Virus record (IMG/VR): IMGVR_UViG_3300023283_000146
Location: 1-64,000 of that record
Strand: one strand, 5' to 3'
Source: a virus
Length of the DNA stretch: 64,000 nt
This document shows, in pieces, positions 43,008 to 52,006 of the stretch (positions within the stretch are counted from its first letter, which is position 1; each line of letters opens with the position of its first letter). Below the pieces are notes generated by a model. The model searched no databases. It had not been told where the DNA came from and worked only from the letters and a program-made list of their open reading frames with translations. The position numbers and the translations under genes were made by a program.

Positions 43008-43146
43008 GGCACTACAGCCTTTGCCCAGCGGGTGGGGGTTCTCGCACGGTCCTGCGAAGCGAGGGACCCTGGAAGCAGCAGCCGGAAGCTTCCCCCGGCT
43101 GCCCTCACGGGCCCACTCTCCGGGCTCCCCGCAACCCGAGCAAGCT

Positions 43147-43421
43147 GACTCGACCTACTCGACCTAGCGCTTTTGCTGTGGCTGAGGTCGTTCGTCGTAA
43201 ACCCTTCTAGCCACAGCGCCCGCCTGACCTACTCGACCTACTCGACCTTCTAGAGAGGAGAGAGATCTAGTGTGGTGGCACATCTCGCGACATCGCTCGC
43301 CTGGGCTGACTCGCAGGGGTCGAGTAGAGTCGAGCAGCCCTTCTGGGCACAGGAGTTACGACCGTTGGAAGGTCGTTCCAACGTCATGCGAGGTCGAGTC
43401 AGGTCGAGTCAGGTCGTTCGG
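43147..43421. repeat. composite repeat element B (twin of element A)
   Basis: gactcgacctactcgacc, gaggtcgttcg, cctactcgacctactcgacc + gagaggagagagatc, ggtcgagtagagtcgagcag, aggagttacg, aggtcgagtcaggtcgagtcaggtcgttcgg. Same order as in 5989-6270. Confidence 0.85.
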
Positions 43422-44085
43422 CAGTGAACAGCTGAGGAAGAGAGCCCCCCTTGCTTTGGTGGTTGGGCCCCTTCAACAGATACATCAGCCTGGTACGAGC
43501 AGCCCGCAACATTTCTCGATCTTTGGGTGTTAGCCCAGGGTGGCTCCCTTTCATTTCGAGAGAAACAAAGTAGAAAGTCTCTCCTGTGGTCCACAAAAAC
43601 ACATGAACAGATGATTGAACTTTTTGACTTTCGTACAAGTCACGGAGTGTGCTGTCAAGATGAAGGGTGTCTGTTTGTTTCAGCACAATGCCGTTCTCTA
43701 ACAGTTCATTGAACAACTTCCAGTATTGTTCATCTGCTGGTCTGCGCTTCCATGTGTCCTGAAGACTAGAGATACGTGTCTTGACATTGCCCCGCTCAAT
43801 AGCTTCATGAAGCAATGTCACATATGTTGGCCTTTGAACTGTGATGTCGCCACCACTGTTGTGAGCCATCATGATAGTGCCACGAAAAGCGCCAATGTGC
43901 CCCAGCAAGTGGTGCAACACCATATACGCCTCGTAGCCCTTACGGAATGCATCACCCGCCTTGTTTGCCCTTTTGTTGCGACGGTGGTGCACCCACCAAC
44001 GAAAGAAAACTGTCCCAAACCCACCTGCGCCAAAGAGGGCCAACACAATAGTCACGATGGGGTGTTCGTTATACTGAGGCATCAA
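43399..44085 (-). CDS. membrane-anchored hypothetical protein (228 aa)
   Basis: ORF track. N-terminal hydrophobic segment IVTIVLALFGAGGFGTVFF. Last gene of the tail operon; its 3' end overlaps element B. Confidence 0.6.
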   Translation of the reverse strand: MMPQYNEHPIVTIVLALFGAGGFGTVFFRWWVHHRRNKRANKAGDAFRKGYEAYMVLHHLLGHIGAFRGTIMMAHNSGGDITVQRPTYVTLLHEAIERGNVKTRISSLQDTWKRRPADEQYWKLFNELLENGIVLKQTDTLHLDSTLRDLYESQKVQSSVHVFLWTTGETFYFVSLEMKGSHPGLTPKDREMLRAARTRLMYLLKGPNHQSKGGSLPQLFTAERPDST

Positions 44086-46928
44086 GAAAACAACACCCCG
44101 TAACCATCAGTGCCCGTTGCCGGAGCTGTCATGTCAATATGCTTGAGCACACTGGATTCACCTCCAGTGTGGCGGATTTCAACTGTGTCTGCAACACTCA
44201 AGCCATTGATTGAACCTGTGGTACTGCCTCCTGCAATAAGTGTAGACCAAGCTCCCCCGTTCACTCGGGATTCTACATCATTGGTTACAAGCGCACTAGA
44301 TAGCGTGAAGTCGTGATCACCTGCAGCATCCACTGTGTAGGCGTTCGAAGTCTCATCGGTGTCTAGTGCGCCAAAGTTGAACTGCCCAGAGAGGGCGCTT
44401 GTTACATCAAAGTCCCAAGCCAAGTCACGGAGAGAGTCGAAGTTGTTGCCATCAACGTCATGGTTCGCTCGAGCCACTAGCCGCATGCGGGTTGGTAAGA
44501 CACCGTCGGTTTCTTTCAGGATATCGATACGATCGATCTCGAAGTCCTGGGAAGAACCACTGAGCGTGAACAGCAAGGTGTTCGTGCCGTCTGGATCATT
44601 ACGAACTTCTACATCATGAGTCGTGTTATTAGCACTCGGGAAATCTGAGAAAAGTGCGCCAGCATCCGTAGTTAGCGCTTCGATCTCTTGTTCAGTCCGG
44701 AAGTCCCGCCGGTTCAACGTAGCGTCAAAGTTGTACGACTCCGCACCCGTGCCGTCGGCTTCCAATGAGACTGAGCTTGCCCAGAGTGTTCCTTCAAGCG
44801 CAATCGAGCTCGGCGGATAGGGTCGCCGCACCCTATCGTTCATCGCAATCTGCACAGTCGTGGCTGAAGCCTCAGCCACGAGATCAGTCAACGAGTTGGG
44901 AAGAAGCTTGATATCTACGTTGTCCCCTGCCGGGAAGCTTACATCAGTCAGACTGCCGCCCGCGAACACCAACCAAACCGTATCGCCGGCACTGTGGTTT
45001 TGCTGGATAGAGTCCAGCACACCACGGTACACATTGTTGAGCTGTACGTCAGAACCAGAGTCCTGCGCTCCCCCCTGGGCGAACATGAACTCGTTATTTA
45101 CGAGAATCATGTTTTGAAGATTGACTCCGACCTCTGTTGTGCCCAGGCCGTCAGTGAACTCTGTTTCGATGGCTGCTTGAGAGTCGGGTGCTGGTGTGAT
45201 CAGCAGGGTGGACAGTGGGAAAGAAGATCCTACATCGAGGTTACTGGCTAGTTCACCAATACGCAAGAACAAGTAGGCTTCACCCGCATCCTCAAAGTCA
45301 CCAGAAGGCGTGCCGGGATCATGGCGTTCTACAATGAGGAAGTTGACCTCATTTCCTTGCTTGCGAGCACCGCACCAGATGCGGTCAGAGATGACCCCAC
45401 CGCCAAAGGGGTCACGCTTGACAATGGCCCGGGGAGCTTCAAAGACTATCTGCTCATCTGCCGGGAATGCGCTCAGCGTATCGCTGGGCGGGCTCCAACC
45501 TGTGGGTTGGTTGGGAGCGAATGCGCCAGCTTGGAATGCGAAGATGTCTTGAATGACATCTACAACGATCTCATTGTCAAGCAGACGGCCCATGTCGAGC
45601 CGCACAATACGCATTGGGAGATCTGTGAGATTATAGTCAGGGTCAGTAACAGCAATGACTTCACCAGGCAGTAGATCGTAGAATGAGCGATCTAGAATCA
45701 GCTTGGCCTTAGCCAAAGGGAAACTAAGCGTTTTCAAGTCACGCCAAGCGATTTGGCTGGCTAGGTCATCATCTTTGACACCAGGGTAGTTTTCAGTAGC
45801 AATGACACGAGTACCACCCTGAATACGAAGATTAGCTAGGTCTTGTGCTGGTGCGAAAGTTTCTTTGTAGCTATCAGCACGTGAACGGTAGCTAACCCGT
45901 ACTTCATTCGTGGTGTTTTCCCAGGCACCACGGCTGAAGTTGTCTGTAGAAACAGCATTAGACACCAACACTTTCCGCAAGCTGGCTATCGTGTAGTCAG
46001 CTCGCGCTAGTTTTACTTCCCACTCACCTGACGTGGGGTTCTGGTAAACAACACCCCCGATCTGTTCTTCTAGAAGCCTGAGTAGTTCTGAAGCTTCCAT
46101 TTGACGATCCATCACAAAGCTGAAGCCATTACCCTCCGTGGCCAGGGTGCCTGCAGCCGTTGTGAGGTTAGACGTGTTGATGTCAGAAGCATCAATCGCA
46201 AAGCCCCACTCTTCATCAGTGAGCAACTCATAGATGACGTTCACAGGGTTAGCGTCATTTGAGTTGACCAGAGCATTCGCACCAAGCCCTAGGCCGTCGG
46301 GGATACGACGAAGCTCAAAGCTCCATGGCTTGATGTTCGTGCTGTTGCCCACATACCCTTGTTCCAAGACTGTGTAGCAAGTCTTCGTGTAGCCAGGGGT
46401 GTCACCCCCTTCTGTCTGAAAGCTACTGAGATAGCTTGAAGGAGCTTGGCCAGCAGAACCTGCAAAGAAGCGCAGTGTTCCGACAACACCGCCATTGCCC
46501 AGGTCGGGGCCCCCGAACAACTCGGGTTCATCAACTTCAACGGTGTTGCCATCAGTAACAACACCGTCAAACACTAAGTCTTCACCAATCCAAACTTTCC
46601 GCAGTGAATCTACCGGGCCTCGACACAGACCAAACTGGATACCAACGGAGTATTGAAAACCGATAACGATTTGTTCAGAGCCGAAGATACCTGTTTTGAT
46701 CTTTTCAGTGACCGGAGTTTGCAAAAGATCGCCATACCACACCACATTCGGCCCCTTCATTTCTACAGTGCCCCAGATTAGTGGCACCGGCCGGCCTTCC
46801 GTAGCTGTGGGGAAGTTGAAGTCGCCTAGGCTGGCTGGCTTCGCATTTTCGTTATCCGGTTTCGGCCGAAGAAGCTCCGAAAGAACGAAAAGCGCGATGT
46901 AGACAAGGACTGTGAGGGGTTCAACCAA
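44082..46928 (-). CDS. tail-tip host-specificity protein (lambda J / GTA gp15-like)
   Basis: 948 aa. The N-terminus (LLRPKPDNENAKPASLGDFNFPTATEGRPVPLIWGT) resembles J-like proteins. Follows the BR0599-type hub gene. Confidence 0.7.
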   Translation of the reverse strand: MVEPLTVLVYIALFVLSELLRPKPDNENAKPASLGDFNFPTATEGRPVPLIWGTVEMKGPNVVWYGDLLQTPVTEKIKTGIFGSEQIVIGFQYSVGIQFGLCRGPVDSLRKVWIGEDLVFDGVVTDGNTVEVDEPELFGGPDLGNGGVVGTLRFFAGSAGQAPSSYLSSFQTEGGDTPGYTKTCYTVLEQGYVGNSTNIKPWSFELRRIPDGLGLGANALVNSNDANPVNVIYELLTDEEWGFAIDASDINTSNLTTAAGTLATEGNGFSFVMDRQMEASELLRLLEEQIGGVVYQNPTSGEWEVKLARADYTIASLRKVLVSNAVSTDNFSRGAWENTTNEVRVSYRSRADSYKETFAPAQDLANLRIQGGTRVIATENYPGVKDDDLASQIAWRDLKTLSFPLAKAKLILDRSFYDLLPGEVIAVTDPDYNLTDLPMRIVRLDMGRLLDNEIVVDVIQDIFAFQAGAFAPNQPTGWSPPSDTLSAFPADEQIVFEAPRAIVKRDPFGGGVISDRIWCGARKQGNEVNFLIVERHDPGTPSGDFEDAGEAYLFLRIGELASNLDVGSSFPLSTLLITPAPDSQAAIETEFTDGLGTTEVGVNLQNMILVNNEFMFAQGGAQDSGSDVQLNNVYRGVLDSIQQNHSAGDTVWLVFAGGSLTDVSFPAGDNVDIKLLPNSLTDLVAEASATTVQIAMNDRVRRPYPPSSIALEGTLWASSVSLEADGTGAESYNFDATLNRRDFRTEQEIEALTTDAGALFSDFPSANNTTHDVEVRNDPDGTNTLLFTLSGSSQDFEIDRIDILKETDGVLPTRMRLVARANHDVDGNNFDSLRDLAWDFDVTSALSGQFNFGALDTDETSNAYTVDAAGDHDFTLSSALVTNDVESRVNGGAWSTLIAGGSTTGSINGLSVADTVEIRHTGGESSVLKHIDMTAPATGTDGYGVLFS

Positions 46929-47736
46929 TGCCAGTCTCGAATGGGTTTTCAGTGGGGACGAAGGCGAACCCGCCGTGGTTGATCACATTATCGAACTTAT
47001 TCTTACAAGTGGCGATGGAATGATCGCAACCAGCAAAGAGGTTGATTGAGCTTCCCACAACACTAAATGGGAACGGCAACAGCAGGGTGATGGTTGTGCC
47101 AACATGGTCAGTGATCAACCGAAAGTCAGTCCCCCCGAAAGCCTCAGCAAAACCAGCTGTGAAGTGGTCATCAGCAAAAGCATCTGCCCCATCAACCTCA
47201 ATGTCATTGCCATCTTGAGACAACACTTCCCCAGTAAACAGGAAGTCTGCTTGATTCACCGTGCAAAGGTCATCATACAGAACGTTGTTGCAAGGTCCTT
47301 GGTAGGTCCAGCGGGGGATCGTTCGAGAAGCTGCTGAAGCTGTAGGAGCAACCGCCACCTTCGCTAGCTTGCCCTGATCCGTGAAAACTACGCTCTGAAC
47401 TGCCCCCGTGAAGAGCTGAACCACCGTCGGACTGGGCAAGTCACCACGTTGAATGCGCATGATGGTGACCACAGCCTTTTGCCCAGGAACGGAGGGCAGG
47501 TATTTCTGAACAAATGTGTTGTCTCCTGAAAGACTGAGCTCAACACGATTGGTTCGTTCCTCACTGCCCTGGCCAATGCTGCTGCGTACTGCTGGCTCTG
47601 GCTCATAGGTTATGCCAGAGATAGTGATTTCATCTTCTGTGCTTGTGTAGCGAAAGACCTCACTCCCGAGAACAATCTCAATAAGTTCAACAGGTTCACT
47701 GTCTTCAACACTACTTTCAAGAGAGTCAAAGCTCAT
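46921..47736 (-). CDS. tail hub protein, DUF2163 plus BR0599-type C-terminal domain
   Basis: 271 aa. The C-terminal GCDHSIATCKNKFDNVINHGGFAFVP matches the BR0599 motif as I recall it. Confidence 0.65.
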   Translation of the reverse strand: MSFDSLESSVEDSEPVELIEIVLGSEVFRYTSTEDEITISGITYEPEPAVRSSIGQGSEERTNRVELSLSGDNTFVQKYLPSVPGQKAVVTIMRIQRGDLPSPTVVQLFTGAVQSVVFTDQGKLAKVAVAPTASAASRTIPRWTYQGPCNNVLYDDLCTVNQADFLFTGEVLSQDGNDIEVDGADAFADDHFTAGFAEAFGGTDFRLITDHVGTTITLLLPFPFSVVGSSINLFAGCDHSIATCKNKFDNVINHGGFAFVPTENPFETGIG

Positions 47737-49433
47737 TCGAACACACCTTCGACAGGCGCGCTAACACGGGTTGCTCTGGCGCCAAGCTGATGTTCGAAGC
47801 GAATCGTGTCAGAAGCGAAATGAACTTCTTCCAAGTATTCGATCCGCTTGATCTCATCCACTGTGCGATTGGTCGGCCAAGTGGCATCGAGTTCAAGCTG
47901 TTCAGTGTCAGAGTCCACTTCTATAGAGTTCGTGATGGTACGCTCAAGCATCGTACCGTCTGTAAAGTGGATCCGGATTTCGTTTTGCGGCTGCTTGTTC
48001 TGCACAAAGGAAGCGTAGCCCACATTTGTGATAGTCATCGTGCTAGTGCCTGCCACCAAGGCAGCAGCCAGCTCTAGGTCCTTTGCAAATGTGGGTAGAT
48101 AGAAGGAAGTTTGTCGCCCGCCTAAGTCATGAAGCAGCTGCCGTATTTCCCAACGGGCCTGACGGCCAATAGCGAAGAACGCCTTACGGCTAGCCCGTCG
48201 GGTACGATCCCAAGGACTTTCTTGGAATGGCTCATTAGTCAGCGGGTCAAACCGAATGATGTTTCGCTCGAACTCCTCTTGCATTGTGCCGCTGACCACA
48301 TTTTGTCCATCAAGCAGCACTTTGCTGTTGTATGTTGAAAATGCCGCCGTGCTGGCAATATCAGCATCATTGTCTAGAACACGAAAGCGGACTGACAGCT
48401 CAGCCGCATTGACAGGGAAACGACGCCCCTGAATCCGTGCACTGGCGTGTCCTAAACGCAGTGGGGCAACAATCGTGCCGGGGGAATATGAGTTAGCAGG
48501 ACCCGATTCCAACGTAATCGAAGTCGAAGTCAGGGCAGAAACTGTTAGTACGTCAAATGTCGTTTGATCCGTATACAGCAGCACTAACCCGCCCACGCGG
48601 AATGAGCCGTAGTCAGTGTCTTTCACTGACAAGGTGGTTCCGCCTGCAGATACTGACGCGGTGAGCTTGGTCAAGTCATGCCAGACGGGCACACCAAACA
48701 CACGCGCTTGCCAATCGAACAGCAGGTTATGGATACGCGCTCGCTCAGGCCCATCAAGCAGAACCAGGTCCCATTCGAATATCTGCCGCGGGTTCTTGCG
48801 CAATCGAATACGCTGTTGAGAACCATCTTTGTGCACAAGCACATCTGTCAGAAACTCAACGAGCTCAGTGTAGGGGAGCTCAGGAGGAACTGAAAACAAG
48901 ACGATACGATTGATGACGATTGGGACTGAAATGTCACCAACGTCAAAGCTAAAGTCTAGTGTGTCATCAACTTTCGCCTCACCCGAAGCAGAGACCTCCA
49001 GAGTCATCTGGATGCCTTCCAGAGGCTCAACTACCGCCGAAAGTGGCGGATCGCCTGTTAGCTCAGTGCCATCACCAGCACCATTGGTAAAGGTCAACCA
49101 TGTGATCTCCAAATCTCTGAAGCCACTGAAAACTTCGATGGCGCCTGTTTGATCAGACAGCACGTTGCCAAAGTCAAATGACCTTGGAATAACGTGCACA
49201 TCTTCAAAGAAATCGATGCCAGAAGTTAGAGAAAGCTGTTCAGTGGCAGAGCCGAGATCAGTTTGAGTGAAGGACTTTTGGTCTACTGTGGTGAGTGTGT
49301 CGGAAGCTACAAATCCTGGTGGACTGTTGAGCACCACTTGCTTAGGCGGCCAGTCTTGGTGCTCAAAGCCAGCAACACCAGGAGAGTTGAAAGCTGTTGT
49401 CTCAGTAACTGTGGTGCCATCAAAACTCACCAT
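47733..49433 (-). CDS. distal tail protein candidate (566 aa)
   Basis: ORF track. Position immediately upstream of the hub gene, as in GTA-type tails. No motif verified. Confidence 0.5.
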   Translation of the reverse strand: MVSFDGTTVTETTAFNSPGVAGFEHQDWPPKQVVLNSPPGFVASDTLTTVDQKSFTQTDLGSATEQLSLTSGIDFFEDVHVIPRSFDFGNVLSDQTGAIEVFSGFRDLEITWLTFTNGAGDGTELTGDPPLSAVVEPLEGIQMTLEVSASGEAKVDDTLDFSFDVGDISVPIVINRIVLFSVPPELPYTELVEFLTDVLVHKDGSQQRIRLRKNPRQIFEWDLVLLDGPERARIHNLLFDWQARVFGVPVWHDLTKLTASVSAGGTTLSVKDTDYGSFRVGGLVLLYTDQTTFDVLTVSALTSTSITLESGPANSYSPGTIVAPLRLGHASARIQGRRFPVNAAELSVRFRVLDNDADIASTAAFSTYNSKVLLDGQNVVSGTMQEEFERNIIRFDPLTNEPFQESPWDRTRRASRKAFFAIGRQARWEIRQLLHDLGGRQTSFYLPTFAKDLELAAALVAGTSTMTITNVGYASFVQNKQPQNEIRIHFTDGTMLERTITNSIEVDSDTEQLELDATWPTNRTVDEIKRIEYLEEVHFASDTIRFEHQLGARATRVSAPVEGVFE

Positions 49434-49437
49434 AGCA

Positions 49438-50427
49438 TCACGCAGTCACTTTCTTGTAGGCAATGCCTGAGTAATCAGTGTGGTAGGCAACGTTGTCTGT
49501 GCTACGCAACAGCAACGGAAACATCACCCATGTGTCCGAACCAATCGTGACTTCTTGTCCAGAAGAGAAGTTTCGAATATTGATTCCGCGCACATCTGCC
49601 TGGTACCCCAAAAGGCGCATGCGGTTGTTGTCATTGTCGAGGTGCCACAGGCCGATCTTGTAGGCAGGAATCAACCCAGTCAGGCTCGAGCCGTTGAAGT
49701 TTCCAAACGCACGAGCTGTAGGGCCGCCTCGGAAGCCGCCTTGGATCCGCTCGCGTGGGTTACCGCCACTGTCATTACTGGGCGTGATGGTGGTGGTGCC
49801 CCACACAATACCCCACTTGCTGCTCGCGTCTTGGTTTGTCAGTCCTTCGCAATGAAGAGTAGCACAGAACTGTTCATTTACTTGAAGCCCATCTAGCAAA
49901 GTGCCAAAGATAGTGGACAACTTGTTAGTGGTGCCATTGTTGTTGTAGTGGGCATAGACATACTCACCCCCAGTCCATGTTCCCACCTTGCTCAGTTCCC
50001 CAAAGCCAAAGTGACGGTAGATGCCGGTTGACACTTCAACCACGACATGGATGTACGCCGGGTTCGAATCATTTTCGAAAAAGTGGTATGAAGGAAATGG
50101 CCCGTCACCTAGATCAGTTACGTGGCGTTCATTGTCCAGGATGGTGTCAACATGTGAGCTAGTATCGTTGTACCCATTACCTGAGTCATCCGTATGATCG
50201 CCAGGCAAGGTGCCAGCACCATCAAAGGCAAGTGCCTGATACAAGGCCAAATGCTGTGGGGTGGCTGTGTCCCAACGTGCCGACACAAACACAGTGTTCT
50301 TGGAAATCGCCCAATCTCCATTACCTGTGTCTAGCTCATCACCCGTCCAGCCATTAGACGTGGCGAACGTATTTAGCTTGGTGATGAGGTCGGCAAGATC
50401 TGTCGCAGTGCCGGTTTCGTAGGCCAA
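49438..50427 (-). CDS. tail-associated structural protein (329 aa), paralog of the C-terminal half of 50429..52006
   Basis: ORF track. Shared N-terminal GTATD..DL...L..FAT motif and shared C-terminal blocks. Confidence 0.55.
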   Translation of the reverse strand: MAYETGTATDLADLITKLNTFATSNGWTGDELDTGNGDWAISKNTVFVSARWDTATPQHLALYQALAFDGAGTLPGDHTDDSGNGYNDTSSHVDTILDNERHVTDLGDGPFPSYHFFENDSNPAYIHVVVEVSTGIYRHFGFGELSKVGTWTGGEYVYAHYNNNGTTNKLSTIFGTLLDGLQVNEQFCATLHCEGLTNQDASSKWGIVWGTTTITPSNDSGGNPRERIQGGFRGGPTARAFGNFNGSSLTGLIPAYKIGLWHLDNDNNRMRLLGYQADVRGINIRNFSSGQEVTIGSDTWVMFPLLLRSTDNVAYHTDYSGIAYKKVTA

Positions 50428-50428
50428 C

Positions 50429-52006
50429 TCAATCCTCCTTCAAGGCCAGAAAGCTGTACGTGCGTACACGATTGCCGTTTTGGAAAATGCGATAACGATC
50501 ATCACCAGAGCTCAAGAAGTCTTCAGAACTTTCGCCATTTGCAGCAGAAGTCCAAAAGACACCATCTAGCTCACCAAGTTGACTGTAAACCTCAGGTGAA
50601 ACCTGATCATCAGCACGCAACACTACGCAAGGGACTAGCACTCGCTCTGTGCCCTCTGAAGGGAAAACCTCCCAAGCACCAGCATTGTCATCAAACATGA
50701 CATCTTGCCAATCGACCCCGCCCGTGTCTGCCACAATCTCATCTTCACTATCAACCGGCACGTTCGGTGTGCCCAGCGGGTAGATGATGTTCTCTCGGTC
50801 ACCGGCAGTGGGCGTTGTGTCAGTATCAGTGAAGACTTCCGCATTGCGGAATGAAACCCATTCCCCCGCCGGCGACCACGCGTGCCCTGGGCCAGTGCTG
50901 CCACCACCACTTAGTGCGATAGCTTCACTGAGCCCTGCGACAGGCCCCGCAGTTTCATCGTAGGCAGCTTGAGGCCGGTTGGTTGATCCTGCAACATAGA
51001 GTGGGTAGGGCAGCTCAGAGGTGATGCCGAGAGGATTGAGATGGCCCAGGTAGAAGTGCATGTAGTGCGTAGTTGTGGCCGATTCGACCTTAGCCACACC
51101 CACAATGCGTCGACCGTTGATTGACACCCACCATTCAATGTTGAAGGCGTCTTGATCTTTCAACGGCACAATCGATCCTGCCGGCACATCTTCTTCTGGT
51201 GCGCCGTCTGTTTCTAGCCCAGGCGATATATCGGGCTGGTCCTGAAACTCAAGTCCACTGTTGTAGGCGGTCATTCCGAACAATGACCAGTTGAAGGTTG
51301 TGTCGGTGCCAGTCACATTTTGGCCCTGCCAAGTCTTGACACCGACCACGGGATTTGTTCCAGAAACCGTGCCAGTCATAATGAGCACTTGTTCTTGTGA
51401 CGTGGCGTCTTGCCATGTCACAGTAAGCTCACAACCACTGCCACCGCCCCCTGTGGTAGAAGCATCGTTCGCCGGTACCTCTTCATAGTTGCCAGCAGTA
51501 ACAAGAGAAACACCAGTCACCCCGCCACCACCATCAACACTGTCTACGTTGAAGACAGCTGTTACACCGTTGTGGCCTTGTAAGCCCCCGCTAACAGATA
51601 GTTGATCGCTAACGCTATAGCCGCTGCCAGCTGTGCCTACGGCTGCACTAGCTGCTTCTTGTGTGCGCCGATTGACTGTCCAGCCAGTGTCGTCCATGGT
51701 CAGGTCCATGGTCGCCCCACTGCCACTACCTCCAGTAACTGAGTTGCCAGAGGTGGTGGGGTCTGCCGTGTATGCACCACCTTCATTTACACGTACGCCA
51801 TCTATCACACCAGAAGAAACTGATGTCACCTCAATCGTGGCCGTGTGTGAAGCAGTACCACCTGCAACCGAAAGAATGTCACCAACAGCATAGCCGCTGC
51901 CACCATTGTTGACCGCAACAGTAGCCACGTGTCGGCTGGTGGCGATTTCAACTAACTGGTCTAGTAGGTCTAGGCGGTCAGTTGCTGTTCCACTATTCCA
52001 GGTCAT
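50429..52006 (-). CDS. tail-associated structural protein (525 aa) with two GSGY-type ~75-aa modules
   Basis: ORF track. Directly downstream of the tape measure. Modules at residues about 30-104 and 121-198. Confidence 0.55.
   Translation of the reverse strand: MTWNSGTATDRLDLLDQLVEIATSRHVATVAVNNGGSGYAVGDILSVAGGTASHTATIEVTSVSSGVIDGVRVNEGGAYTADPTTSGNSVTGGSGSGATMDLTMDDTGWTVNRRTQEAASAAVGTAGSGYSVSDQLSVSGGLQGHNGVTAVFNVDSVDGGGGVTGVSLVTAGNYEEVPANDASTTGGGGSGCELTVTWQDATSQEQVLIMTGTVSGTNPVVGVKTWQGQNVTGTDTTFNWSLFGMTAYNSGLEFQDQPDISPGLETDGAPEEDVPAGSIVPLKDQDAFNIEWWVSINGRRIVGVAKVESATTTHYMHFYLGHLNPLGITSELPYPLYVAGSTNRPQAAYDETAGPVAGLSEAIALSGGGSTGPGHAWSPAGEWVSFRNAEVFTDTDTTPTAGDRENIIYPLGTPNVPVDSEDEIVADTGGVDWQDVMFDDNAGAWEVFPSEGTERVLVPCVVLRADDQVSPEVYSQLGELDGVFWTSAANGESSEDFLSSGDDRYRIFQNGNRVRTYSFLALKED

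Noticed and set aside
5989-43421. Elements A and B as terminal repeats or att sites of an integrated element.
   Set aside because: They are internal and lie 37 kb apart. They do not flank an integrase or mobile-element genes; both sit upstream of long operons. A regulatory role seems more likely, though recombination between them remains possible.
50055-50072. A GGTTCGAATC string resembling a tRNA T-arm.
   Set aside because: It lies inside the 49438..50427 coding sequence with no acceptor or anticodon stems around it. I found no convincing tRNA anywhere in the window.
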